Shown in pieces: positions 51,256 through 64,000 of a stretch of DNA of 64,000 nucleotides. Every line of letters starts with the position of its first letter. Within the stretch, counting starts at the first letter, position 1. The DNA is taken from NCBI GenBank assembly GCA_043228905.1, contig JBHGNT010000005.1:7936001-8000000 (forward strand), in the 5' to 3' direction. The notes beneath the pieces were generated by a model. The model was not told where the DNA came from. It ran no database searches and worked only from the letters and a program-made list of their open reading frames with translations. Position numbers and translations under genes: made by a program. The DNA comes from Azolla caroliniana (taxonomy: Eukaryota > Plantae > Polypodiophyta).

Positions 51256-54200
51256 GTGTGTACTAGTTCTAGTGCAACCTCTCTTCTTCTCGGTGGTCTT
51301 GTGTGGAATGCAACTTTGTTCTACTTTCCGGCTAAGCAGTCGAAGCACTTCTCCAGATGCACGCCCTTGACTTCTAGTAGAAGTTTCTGGTAAGCTAACA
51401 AGTGCATTCCCTTCTCACTCATGTGGCCTAGCCTCTTATGCCATATCTCACCTGCCGAGTCGGATACCACATTTACTTCCGATTTGCACAGTCAAGCATG
51501 CATCATGTACAATGTGCCTTCTTTCTGTGCTCGGGCCACTATAAGATTTCCTTGACAGAACTTCCACTTGCCATTTTGAAATCTACCACTATAGCCTTTG
51601 TCATCTAACCTTCCAGTTGATATAAGATTCAATCTGATATCGGGGACGTGTCGAACATCCTTTAGACTTAGTTGACGCCCTGTCGACATCATTAAGCAAA
51701 CACTTCCGACTCCGGTTACCCTGCAGTCTCCACTGTCACCCATGATCCCCGACTATGTAAGTCGAGAAATACTCTCTCGACGGAGTTATGTGGAACGATG
51801 CCTTGGAATCAATCACCCACCTGCAATCTTCACTTGCAAGATTTGCACTCATCTATTCACAAATGAATAGGAGTTCTTCATTGCTCGTAGCAATGGCCGA
51901 AGTGTTCTTCTCATCAGGAATTTTCCTAGGTTTGACATTATTTTTGACACTCTTATCTTTCTTTAAGTGTCGACAGTCCTTCTGGAAGTGTCCAGGCTTT
52001 CCACAATAAAAGCACACGGGCTTACCTCTGGACTTCGATCTAGCGTGGGATTTGTCTGTTCGTTGTGGACTTCTTCTTCGCCGGTCTCTTCCTTAGTCCA
52101 TATGTTGAGTCATATTCGACTCTAATTGGGACATGACTCCTTTGTCTTTCCTCCTTGCCTCCTCATTTAGGATGCTTGTCTTCACCATCTATAAAGACAA
52201 GTTCTCTTCTTGACAGGAGGTGCTAAGAGTAACTATCAAGTTCTCCCAGTTGTTTGGCAGTGTGCACATCAGCAGGATGGCCTGCATTGCATCATCCAAG
52301 GGAAACTTGGTCGCATCATGAATGTGTTGATGTGTTCGACGATGTTCTCACCGTCTCTGTATTTCAGCCGTACGATTTTTCTCATCAACGAGGTTATATT
52401 GAGCGCGTTCTTCCTCTCATATAGACCCGACAACTTCTACCACATCTCGTGGGCATTTGTGTCATTCGCCACATGCTGAACGACACTTACATCGACGCAT
52501 TGTCGGATAGTGGCCACTGTCTTTCTATTCAGAAGCTTCCAGTCCGACTCCAATACGCCCCTGGGTATATCTGCTCTGTCGACTGGCTCGTACAGGTCTT
52601 TCATGATGAGGAGGTCTTCCATCTTTATCTTCCAATCTACATAGTTCTGTGAGTTTAGAACTATCATACCTGGGAAACCGCTCACACCTCCTTCCATGCT
52701 TGCACCTCAAGCTTTGATACCAGTTTGTTGAGAAATCGTTCGGTCAAATCACAATAAACGAACTGTGTTGAAATACGAATCACAGATATGCCAGAGAGAA
52801 AAAAAAAACAGGACAATAATGGTGCACAAAGATTTAACGTGGAAACCCTAAAATGGGAGAAAACCACGGGAACATAGCCTCACTATGTATAGTGGATATA
52901 CAACACTCCTTCGAGTGTATCAATCACGCAGGGCTCTTGGCGTCTACTGTTACGCACACAGTTATGGTGCCGCTCTCCCTCCCTCTCTATCAAACTATCA
53001 AACGTTTTGCCCTAAGTGTATTTATACTTATACACTATATGGGCTATTTACAAATGTAGCCTCTGCTACGTATCATTATTATTATTGCTATAATAATAAA
53101 TTATAGTCGAACTATCAAACAATCGACTCACTGTTTTCGACTCTTCGATTGTCGGCTTTCCGAACAGTCGGATCTTCCTAGTCTTCAACTGTCGGCACTC
53201 CTTGGTCCGATCAGTCAGCTCCTTGTAGTCATCAACTGTCAGCAACTTCTGGATAGTCGGTTCCTCCTCCCACTGGAGGGACATATTCCCAACATAAACT
53301 TCCAGGATGGTTGAGTATCGATACATCTCGATTTGGTCGATTTCGTTTTAAGCTTCAATGGGAAACTTTTGCAGGACATTGTTTTAAATGTGGTAAATTG
53401 GGGCATTTTATGGCTGAATGCCAATATCATGGTGAACTATCCCTAGAAAATGTGTCAAAGGGAAAAATAAGGAAGATGTTGAGAAGGATATTGTCTCAAT
53501 GGTTGATATGGTCATGGATGAGGGAACATCTCATGGGTTAGAGCGAAATCCTAAAGCTCATGGTCATGTTAGAGGTGTTGGGGAGGAGAATGGAGTATGT
53601 AATAATGATGGCTCAAATGTTGAAGATGGAGAGTGGCATCAACTGAAGCATAAGATAAAAGGGAAGGGTGTTGCCATACAAAGGGAATCAAAAAATACTT
53701 ATGGTACGACATTACCAAAAGATAATTTGAGATTGAAGGAGGGGTTTAAGAAAATTCCTTGGCAGAAACAAGTGCGAAATCAGAGATTGTCCAACCAATT
53801 ACAATTCAATTCTTCAGGAAGGGTGGTATGACCTCAATTAAATCAAGGACTTCGTTCTCGTGGAGCTAGACAACAAGACCCTAATATTGGTGGAGGGGAT
53901 GTAGTACACAAAAATTCTTATGCAGCTCTTGAACAAGTAGTTAGTACATTCATGAATACACTTCAATGCTCATAAAGAGCAAGTTCTTACCAAAGGTGTT
54001 AAATGAAAGTGGTATCATGGAATGTGAGAGGGGCATCTTCACCTCATAAGAAATATATATTATGGAAAACTTTATTTGATAAAGATTGGGATGTTTTATG
54101 TGTAGTTGAACATAAGTGTCATGATTTAGCAGGATCTGTGTTACATTTGCGTGGATATTCCGCATATTATGCAAGATAGTTATCACATCATTACTCAGGG

Positions 54201-57200
54201 GTTGTCCTGATTATTCGCGATTCGTTTTGTCCACATATAATCTATAATGATCCATATGGACGTTTTTTGGTGATGGAAGTCAAGTATTTTGAGGATTTGA
54301 TATGGTTGGTAGGAATCTATGCACCCAATAATGCTAATCAACGCATTGAGTTATGGTCTTCAATGTATCCACGGTTATTAGTGGGACGTGTTGGTTTGTT
54401 AATGGGTGATTTTAATATGTGTGTTGATGCTTCACAATCTACTTCACGATTCTCATTGATGTAGTCTCCTGAGCAAGCAGTTTGGGATCATTTGGCATCA
54501 GAGGTTTTGAAGTTGGATGTATGGAAATGGTTACATCAAGATGAGGTTGGGTTTACATTTCAGTCTATGCAATACAAGGAAACATGGAGTAGGTTAGATA
54601 GAATGTATGTTATGCATGATGAGTCATCTTTGCCAGAGATGCTTAATATGTCAATTATGCAAGAGGTTGTGACATCAGATCATTTTCCCATATGTTTTGA
54701 GTTTAATAAACATGGGGTAGATATGTACTAAATATTGCTTCAATGAGTTCCTTTGAGGTTTAATTCTTCTTTACTATTACATTCTTTATTTGATGCCTAT
54801 ATGCAACAAATTTTTGGCAGGTTTTCAAAACAATTTATTTCAAAAGGATGGCATGCATGGGATACAACACTACAAAACATCAATGATATTCATCATATGT
54901 ATGGTATGACTAATGCTAAAAGACGTAAGAAAATGATTGATAAGTTTTCATATATTCTTACCCGATGCAATGTACTATTGATGAATAATCCACATGATGA
55001 AGAGCTTTTGGATGTTCAAGTTCAAGTATAGGACATTGTGAAGAATTTGTCTTGTCAAAGTTATCAACAGACAAGACTACGTCAATTAAAGGAGGGATTT
55101 ATAGATAATCAATCACAATCTCATATGTTTTTTCAAGGATTAAGACCACCATATGCTCGTTCAAATGTGGTACAAATTAAGATAGCGGATGACATTGTTG
55201 AAGACCTAGTCAAGGTTATTGAGTTATGTATTACTCATTTTAAGAATTTGATTAGGCTAGAGTTGATTATTAATGAGGATGTCTTGAAAGCATGACAAGA
55301 GTTTTATAATGTAAATGGGAGTGTCGTGAATACAAATATTTGTCAAGAATTGGATGCTGATTTTGAAGAAGCTGAGGTGGAAAAGGTATTGTTACACCTT
55401 CCAAATGGTAAAAGCCCTGGCTGGGATGCTGTTACAAATGAAGTTTTTAAGAAGTATGCTAGCATGCTTAAGAGTCCATTCACACAAATGTTTCAACAAT
55501 GTTGGGATTCTGGTTTCATGCTTGAGAGCTGGAAGGTGGGCTTAATCAAATATATACCAAAGGTACCATCTCCAGAGTCATTTCATCAACGGAGGCCTAT
55601 TTCATTGATGGGAGGGTTGTACAAAGTTTTTGCAAAGATATTGTTCAACAGACTTAAGAAGTTCTTACCTCAACTTATTCATCCATCTCAATATGGTTTT
55701 ATTACAGCTAGAAATATATTGCATAATGTTTTGAATGTTCAAATGGGGACCGGTTATGCTTGACATACACATCAAGAAATGGTGATGGTGCAATTAGATT
55801 TGGAAAAAGCATATGATCATGTTAATTGGTCTTTCCTCTTAGGTGTGATGTATAATATGGGGTTTGGTCCTCGTATGTGTCGACTTATCTTTTTGCTAGG
55901 GCAAAATGCAACCTCCCGTGTGATGCTTAATGGCGGAGTCACTCCGAAAGTGTTTCTTACTAGATCAGTGCAGCAAGGATATCCACTAAGCCCATTGTTA
56001 TTTGCTATTGTTACACATCCTTTGTTTGTAATGTTGTCAAATCTTGCGTCCAGTGGTGATATTGTCGGTTTGCATCTTCCTTCTGGTGGACAATTGGTGG
56101 CAAAAGCATTGGCAGATGATTCTCTTATGTTTTTACAAGCCTCAAAAGAAAATCTTAAAAGGAGTATGCAAGTTTGGGATCAATTTGCTTTGGCTTCAGG
56201 GTTTTATATAAATTGGAGGAAGTCTCGCCTTATTTCTTGTACGGAGAGTGATTTGGAATGTTTTGGATGGCAAGGGTCAGTGATTACACGAGGTTCAATT
56301 TATCGCCATTTGGGTTATCCATTAGGCATTGATGTTACAAATGTTCAATTGATTGATTGGATTGGTAGTAAATTGAGGGACAAATTTATGTATTAGAAGT
56401 CTCAATTATGACCCTTTCATGTACGACTCAAAGTGGTGCAATGTGTCTTGATACCCATGTTATTATATTTTTTGCCTTTACTTCCTTGGACTAAGAAGGC
56501 ATTACAAAGCATGTTACAACCAATTCGGTTCATGTTGCGGCGAAAGGGAGAAATGATGGGAGTTACATGGATTTCATGGGACCATTTGGCTACTCCTAAA
56601 AGGTTAGGCGGTGCAACAATATTGGATTTGGAAAGGCATTTGATGGCTCGTAGATTTACATTATTACGAGATATATGTCAACAAGATCCACCATGGATAT
56701 CTATGATGCAATATTTTATTGAGCATGAAGGATTGGTGCATGGGAAAACAAAGATTCAAGCATCATGGTGGTCATTACTGAATGGAAGTATTCCTCTAAA
56801 GATTAGACAATTTGTATCTGGACAACATTTGGTAAGATCGTGGCAAGATGCATTATCTCTTTTTGAATGGGGACCATCAAGTGATCGAGAATATTGTAAT
56901 TCATTACAAAACGAATTGTTTGTTTCTTCTCGAGTGTTGTTTTGGCATGGGAAAGAGAAGTTGAGATCTCAATTCAATCGTTTATTTTGATTGGGGATTG
57001 TACATTTGGAAGATGTGATTGATAATGAATCTCAAACGTTGTCAGATTTTGAAGATGCCAAGAGATGGTTATGTATTCCCCCAAATTATGGATTTATTTG
57101 GGAGAAATTACATGATATACCATTGTTGCAAGGATCTTTGCCATTGAAAACCAATTTTGCACCTTGGGTAGATTGGCGGTTACAAGATGGTACACACTTG

Positions 57201-57916
57201 TTACAAGTCACTACAAATATATTGTATCATCATGTGATGACATCATTATCTTGGCTATCTCCTAAATCAACGAAGGTGTGGAATGTATATAAGTCAAATG
57301 CAAGGTGGTGGAAAATAATACAACTTGGTTGGCATTCCCATCTACCATTTCATGCAAAGGTATTCATATGGAGAGTCATGATTGGTGGGCTCCCATTAGG
57401 TTCGGCCTTAAAGAGACGACAACTAGGGTCTGGCACTTGTTTCTTTTGCACTGTTCCATTGGATGATAGTACACATAGGTTCATTAAATGTCCTATAGCG
57501 TGTACCATTTGGAAGTACTTATCTGACATTTGGCAAGTTTTAACCCGTTGTTGTTTGAGACCTCAACAATGGGTTTTTTCTCAATATGTTAAAAATGGAT
57601 CAAACGATGAGATGGAGATATTGTTCCAATTTTACGTTATTGGGGTCTACAACACAATTGGAATATGCGTAATGCTTTCATGTTTGATAATAGACATGGG
57701 GTGAAAGCCTATATAAAGAAGCTTAAAGGTATTCTCATGTGGAATTTTTGGATGTTAGAGCATGTGGGGATCATTTCCTCAAATGCATATTCAGGTTTTT
57801 TAGTAGCATTACAGAACGTCCCTCTCCCTACATAGGCATATGATGGGTAGAGGAGACTAAGAAGTGTTGTAACTAAGTGGATTTTACATACAATTAATAT
57901 AATTGTGTGCTTTTAC

Positions 57917-57920
<4 letters not shown>

Positions 57921-57952
<32 letters not shown>

Positions 57953-57963
57953 GAGGAGGAGGA
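57921..57963. repeat. (GA)n-(GGA)n microsatellite at the LINE 3' junction
   Basis: Directly visible. Confidence 0.9.
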
Positions 57964-58799
57964 CTCGAGGAGGCATCCCCTATAGAAAAAGCAACAACTT
58001 TATTTTCAATGTATTTAATTTCTTGATGACCATCCTATCATGTGGTGTTGGTGTTCATTTGTTTGTTTTTTAGCATGTTCACTTCATGCCCCTTTCCTAA
58101 ACACTCAAGCAATCAAATCATCTAGTCTCAACTTTGACAACAGTTTGATAGCAAGCAACAAGACTCCTCTCTATTATCCTAATTGATCATATGCACAAAT
58201 GTCCACTCAACCTTTGTACCAAAATATATTTCATGTGTTTTCTACATCATTATCATAGACGCCTAAGTAAACTACCCAAACACTAAAAACTATTCAATCA
58301 TGTTTTCAAATATTAGAACTTACAAATATATTATACAAATATGTTTTTAAGACGCCTTCCCAAATGATAAAGAGTAACTAGAATGTACTATTCATTAAGT
58401 TAAGACATGCAATATACATTCACGTGAGTGTGTTAAATATTGTCCCCTTGAAAACAATAAGAGTACGGTCTTCGCAAATATACTACCAACATCTTAATGA
58501 AGACGTCACTCCATACACAATGATATATAATAAAGTCATGAAGAGTGCACACATACATGTATCAAGAATATGATGAAATCAATTATTCATGCTATCATAT
58601 TGAGCCAATGCAATGACGACTAGAAAAAGATGGTTTAGAGATGGTGAGTCCATCACAACTCACCCTACATTCTTACCAATGTTCATAAATGCAAAATAGT
58701 AAAAAACATGATATAAACGTGGCAAAGGGATCAAATAAAATAGTTTCTTGGAATGCATCCCAACATAGATCTGGCCAGAAAGCATGGACTTTTTTTTAA

Positions 58800-60640
58800 C
58801 ACAAGGCAAAATGACGGTGAGCATGGATATGATAAGGAGACAATCATGTGCTATGAGAATATGTGAGTTGAAGGTGTGCCATTGGATGACATTACACTAG
58901 CTTGTGTCTTGAAAGCTTGTGCTAGCAATGGAGACACTACGGATGTTTCATGAACATATGTTGTAATTATCTTCATAGGATTAGAAAATGAGCTCCTTAT
59001 CAGTGGTAATTTGGAAACTGATGTTTATGCTAAATATAGCCTACTTGCAAAAACTCAACAACTGAATGCGGGGATGTTGAGAAGCTAATCTATTGTATCG
59101 AGAATATGTAACAAAAAGGTGTTTCTCAAGTCACTATACCATTATTTTGCAGCGTGAAGTCATATAATAGTCTAGTAGTCATCAAGCAAATGCATGTTGA
59201 GATAATTAAGAAAGGATTAGACCAAGGTTGTTAGGAACGTTAGATACAGTACGGATACCATACATATTTAACGTATTAATACGCGTATAGTACCTCCCAA
59301 TTTAAAAATACGTTAAATACGTTTTTTAAGATTTTAAATACTTATAAAATACGTAAAATACGTATTTTATGTATAGTACATTAAATACTTCTAGAATTTG
59401 AAAATTACTTACCTTTCTAAAAAATATGTGTAATATTGTAAAAAGCATCTATGTTTACACAAATTTGTGATGTACATTATAGTTCTACATCCCAAAATGC
59501 ATATAAGACTTTTGAACATTTCACATCCTAAAATACTTATTAATATGAATCTTGACATTCACTTGTTCTATAAATTAGTGTGTGTATCACGATGTTCTAC
59601 TTCAAATTGTAATTATTTACGATTATGCCGTCATAGATTTAGGAATCGTCTACGATTATCACACTCACTATACGTTTCTGTCTTCTTTTCTCTCTTCTTC
59701 TTCTTCTATCTTCTGTGATTATCACACTTAGAGTTGGGCCAGGTTTCAGTCTTATTTTCTTTCTTTTTCTTCTTTTTCTTCATCGTCATCTCTTCTGTTC
59801 TTCTTTCTTCCTTCTTTTTGCTTCTTTTTCATTATTTTTTTTCTTTTGCTTTTTGATGGGGTTTTACTTACATTTTTTTATAAATATGCATTATACGTAT
59901 TTTTTCAAATGTACATTAAATACCGTATTGGAAAAATGTACATGATATTTGACTGAGCAACATTGAGGTATAGTACGTACTATACAAATTATGAGGCATT
60001 ATACGTATTTAAACGTTAAATACGGGTATGTAAACAACCATGGATTAGACAAAGATCTTCTTATTGGCAGTACATTGGTCGATATGTATGTTCACATTGG
60101 ATTGATGGAAGTAACACGTCAAGATTTTGACAACTTGCTAGTCAAATATGTGATCGTATGGACTGCATTAATAATTGGTTATGTAGAACATGAGCATGGT
60201 GAAGAAGCACTAAACCTCATGAAGGAGATGCAAACGCATAATATCTTGCCAAATACATGTGTCCTTGTTTCTGGCTTGAAAGTTTATGGTGATACTCAAG
60301 ACATCAATCAATGTAGTGTAATATATGCCGAGATTGTGAAGAAAGGGTTACATACTGAGACCCTCATTGCCAATACCTTAGTGGGTAGGTAGGCCAAATG
60401 TGGTTTCCTCTAAACAACACAGGAATTTTTTATGATCTTTCTATGAAAGTGAATTTTCATGCAATATAGTGACTATAGAACATATGGAACATGCATACAG
60501 TGAGAGAGACAACAATCTCCTTTTTTTTAGCTATGCATGCCAAATATGGAGAGTTTGTAAAATCTCAGAAAGTGTTTCAACAGGTTCCTATTTCAGTACA
60601 GTCTCTTGGACTGCACTTATTGCTAAGTATGCTAAATAAT
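58800..60640 (+). pseudogene. PLS-class pentatricopeptide repeat (PPR) pseudogene, interrupted by a MITE and ending at a copia insertion
   Basis: PPR motifs EHGYDKETIMCYENM*VEGVPLDDITLACVLKACAS, EIIKKGL|DKDLLIGSTLVDMY...VIVWTALIIGYVEHEHGEEALNLMKEMQ...IYAEIVKKGLHTETLIANTLV. Many stops and frameshifts. Confidence 0.85.
59223..60042. mobile_element. Non-autonomous hAT element (MITE), copy 2
   Basis: Same TIRs as 50387-51255, 8-bp TSD GATTAGAC (59215-59222 and 60043-60050), and collinear similarity to copy 1. Confidence 0.92.
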
Positions 60641-60661
60641 GGCATTGCCCCATATACGGTT

Positions 60662-63600
60662 TGTAAAGAAGAGCAAGAGTGGCTGAGATGCAACGGAAGG
60701 ACTGTGTGTATGTAAGGCAAAACAGAGAGAGAGAGTAAGAGAGAGCTTAAGACAAAGATAAATATATATTACATCCAACAGTAACAAAGTTACAAAGGGT
60801 TGGTTTAAATACCAACTAAATTAGGGCAAGGGCCCTTTCTACTATTTACAAAACTAGCATGGTATGTCCATGAGTTAGTGTGAATCCTATTTCTATGGGA
60901 AGTTGAGTTCGATTCTCAACACGCCCCTTTGAACACAACTTCCGGATATCGAAAAATGGTTTCGGATAGGTCCGGTCTTCGGAACGCTTCGAACTTCGAT
61001 TGTTCAAGTTTTTGGTTGCATACTCCTTGTTCGGCTTTGATCAATCGATCAGTTCGATCAGTTCACTGTTCTGTACTCCCCCTCAAGCTTGGCTGGTCGT
61101 GAAGAGATAGGCCAAGGTTTGACGCAAACTACCGCAACTTGTCCATACCAAGGGTTTTTATGAAAATGTCGGCTACTTGTAGATGCATATTGATATGTTG
61201 TAAATCGATATCTCATGTACGCGCTCACGGATGAAATGATAGTGCACTTCGATGTGCTTAGTCCGCACGTGGAATATGGGGTTCAGCGCCAGGTAGATAC
61301 TGCTCATGTTGTCATAGTATAGAGGAATTGGATCTTTGATGAGTACGCCCAACTCCTTTAGTATACGCTTGAGCCATACGGCTTCGCATGTGGTGACTGC
61401 TGGATCCCTGTATTCAGCTTCCATGCTCGACAGTGCGACTGTCGGCTGCTTCTTACTGCTCCAGGAGATCGCTCCGCTACCAAGAGAGAAGAGGAATTCG
61501 GATGTGGATCATCTATCTACTTTGTATCCTAACCAGTCTGCGTTTATGTACCCTCTTCGAGTCGAATGATCGTATTCAACTTAAATACATGATGTCGTAG
61601 TCCATAATAGTGCTGACATACCGAAGTATTTGCTTAACGCAATCCAGATGAAGATTTCGTGGATTTTGCATAAATTGACTAAGCAGGCCGACCGAATAGT
61701 TGAGGTCGGGTCTTGTGATGGTTAGATAAATTAAGCTACCGATCAGTTGAAGATACTGAGTCGGCTCGCTCTCGGCCGTGCCAGAGTTAGCATCGATCTT
61801 GAAATTACGATCGAGAGGGGTAGACACAGGTTTGCACTCTATCATTCTGAACTTGTAGAGTAAGTTGAGAACGTAGTGTCGTTGTGATATCATTATTCCG
61901 ATTGGTGTTCGAATTACTTCAATGCCTAGGAAGTAATGGAGCTTGTGCAGGTCTTTCATTTCGAATCTACCGGAAAGAAGTGATTTGACCTTGTTAATCT
62001 CGGCTACATCTTTTCCTCCGATGACCAAATCATCCACGTAAAGGATGATGACAATCGGATTATCCCACTCATTTCGGATGTACAGAGAAGTATCGGATTT
62101 TGACATTTGAAATCCGATTTGATGAAGATACTGCGTGATCTTCGAGTGCCACGCACGCAGTGCTTGTTTGAGGCCGTAAAGTGGTTTGTTAAGTCGACAT
62201 ACGGTGTGCGGATAGTTACGCGATTCAAATCTGGGTGGTTGAATCATATACACTTCCTCTTCCAATTCTCCTTGGAGGAAGGCGTTTTTCATGTCCATCT
62301 GGGGGAGGTGCCACCCTTTCGCCGCTGCCAGGGCAATTACAATCCGTATAGTGGTCATCTTTGCCATCGGGCCAAAGGTCTCTTCGTAGTCTACGCCGTG
62401 GGTTTATGCGTATCCTTTTGCAACAAGACGTACTTTGAAGCAATTTACAGAGCCATCGGCATTGTGCTTCACCTTGTAAATCCATCTACAACCAATTGCT
62501 TTCTTGTTCGGCGGATGAGGAACGAGATCCCATGTCTCATTTTTGCATAACGTTTCCATTTCCTCATGCATCGCGTTGACCCATCATGAATCCTTTACGG
62601 CTTCGAAAAGCATTTCCAGCTCCCATACTGTCGCTACCTTCATCATAAAGGCGTAATGATACGCTATGTACTCATTGTAGCCGTAACGACTTACGAGGTT
62701 CTTCTCTCGGGTGGACCGGCGTAGCTTTTCATTCACAGATTCTAAAGCTTTCTTCACACCGTCTGTCCGGATGTCAAGGCCTTCGACTCACTATCAAGGG
62801 AGTGAGTCGATTCAAATTCAAACTGATCTTCGTATTCCCGTATTTTCGCCTTCCCTTTGTTCAACTTTGGACTCAGCCGAGATGTGCTTTGATCGCTCAG
62901 CAGCTCTGATAGCCCACTCAGTCGTGTCATAATTGGACTTTCGTCGAACATGCGCGTAACCTGATCTTCGGCTTCTGCCTCTATTTCGGCGTATATCTAA
63001 GTCGGAGTCGAAGTTGTCTCTGGTGTGTACCAGGATGCGGACTCGTCAAAAACGACATCTCGATTTGTTCGAACTTTTCGGGTAGATGGATTGTAGCATT
63101 TGTACCCCTTCTGTTCAAGCGAGTACCCCCACGAAGATACATTTCTCTGACTTTGGGTCGAGCTTTTGTCACGTATCGTCGAGAATATGCACATCAGAGA
63201 TTGCACCGAAAATGTGGACATGTGATAAGTCCAACTTCTTTCCAACCAACTTCTCATGAGGAGTTATGTCGTGTACTCCCGAGGTTGTGCACCTATTAAT
63301 GAGGTATACAACCATGTTCGCCGCTTTTGCCCAGTCCGATTTCGGCAGATTCTTCTCATTCATCATAGCCCGAACGACTTCTACTATGTGCCGGTTTTTA
63401 CGCTCAGCTACGCCGTTCTACTGAGGTGTGTGACGGCATGAGAATTCTCGTCGGATTCCTTCCTTTCGGAGATACGCCGTAAACTCATCCGAAAAGTATT
63501 CTTTGCCTCCATCCGATCGAAGGTAGCGTACATGCCGACCCGTAGCTTTTTCGACTTCAGCTTTGAACCTCTGGAAGTGTCCAAACACTTCACTCTTCTG

Positions 63601-64000
63601 TCGCATCGGGTAGATCCAGGTGTTCCTAGAGAAGTCATCGATGAACGTGACATAGTGCCGACAACCGCCGAATGTAGATGTTTGGGTTGGTTCCACACAT
63701 CTGAATGTACAACATCCAGGATTCCTTTGCTCACATTTCGCTCTTTTGGGAATAGGTGATGGCCTTGCTTTCCAAATTTGCATGCTTCGCATACACCCGT
63801 AATTTCCTTCGTCGTAAAGTTCGGGAGTCCAATTACAACTCCTTTCGATTGCATGTTCTGAAGTTTTTGGAGATTGGTGTGGCCGATTCTTTTGTGCCAC
63901 AAATTTAAGTCCGTTTCGACTTTGAGGCCCTTCGCGAACATGGCTAACTTTACCTCGTTTGATTCGAGGATACACATACGGCCTTCTCGTCGACCGTGAG
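60662..64000 (-). mobile_element. Ty1/copia retrotransposon (same family as 6169 and 21529), 3' LTR 60662-60921, continues beyond the window
   Basis: TGTAAAG...CTCAACA LTR followed by a PPT. RNase H, RT (ILYVDDLVI) and INT (VHSDVW, RSDGGKEY) are present with frameshifts. Confidence 0.92.

Larger units (their letters stand above)
46949..53294 (-). mobile_element. Tnt1/Tork-like Ty1/copia LTR retrotransposon inserted in LINE ORF1
   Basis: LTRs at 46949-47542 and 52726-53294 (TGTTG...CAACA), TSD TAAAC, PBS-Met at 52711-52722, PPT at 47543-47558. Gag NYVDWKIKMEDLL, CFYCGKPGHF.KDC, RT LLYVDDMLI and RNase H are present. The integrase core is deleted near 50305. Confidence 0.95.
46014..57920 (+). 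mobile_element. Full-length, decayed LINE (L1/Tx1-like; ORF1 and APE-RT-zf ORF2) between two (GA)n tracts, split by the copia at 46949-53294
   Basis: ORF1 from ~46229 (SYAAIL, DUF4283-like region) resumes at 53300 with CFKCGKLGHFMAEC. ORF2 from ATG 54003: MKVVSWNVRG, IYAPN, LMGDFN, SRLDRMY, SDHFP, KSPGWD, RPISL, DLEKAYD, QGYPLSPLLF, LADD, CFFC...HRFIKC, ending ~57835. No poly(A), and the 3' end runs into (GA)n at 57921. Confidence 0.92.

Overview
AT-rich, repeat-dominated eukaryotic DNA from a land plant. A fern or other seed-free vascular plant is my inference from the TE types and the PLS-type PPR remnant. There is one apparently intact host gene: a 3-exon 12-oxophytodienoate reductase (old yellow enzyme) at 43378-45116 with OPR3-type active-site residues, no PTS1 and an unusual C-terminal extension. 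Host-gene remnants are a xanthine dehydrogenase fragment, a PPR pseudogene and a 79-nt U6 snRNA copy. The rest is nested transposons: (i) a copia (6169-11027, TSD CATTC) inside a LINE; (ii) a chromovirus Ty3/gypsy (13785-31576) containing a tRNA-Trp-primed gypsy with a 4-bp TSD (14919-27461), whose 3' LTR contains another copia (21529-26917); (iii) a full-length LINE (46014-57920) interrupted by a Tnt1-like copia (46949-53294), which itself carries a solo LTR and a hAT MITE; (iv) a second MITE copy and a further copia running off the right edge. The most striking pattern lies at 33.3-57.9 kb. LINE copies, a tRNA-like SINE, a ~115-bp module and the U6 copy all end on (GA)n of their sense strand, lack true poly(A) tails and stack head-to-tail. 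This suggests a (GA)n/(TC)n-microsatellite-targeted retrotransposition system that also captures other RNAs. All alignments and coordinates were read by eye, and no database searches were run.
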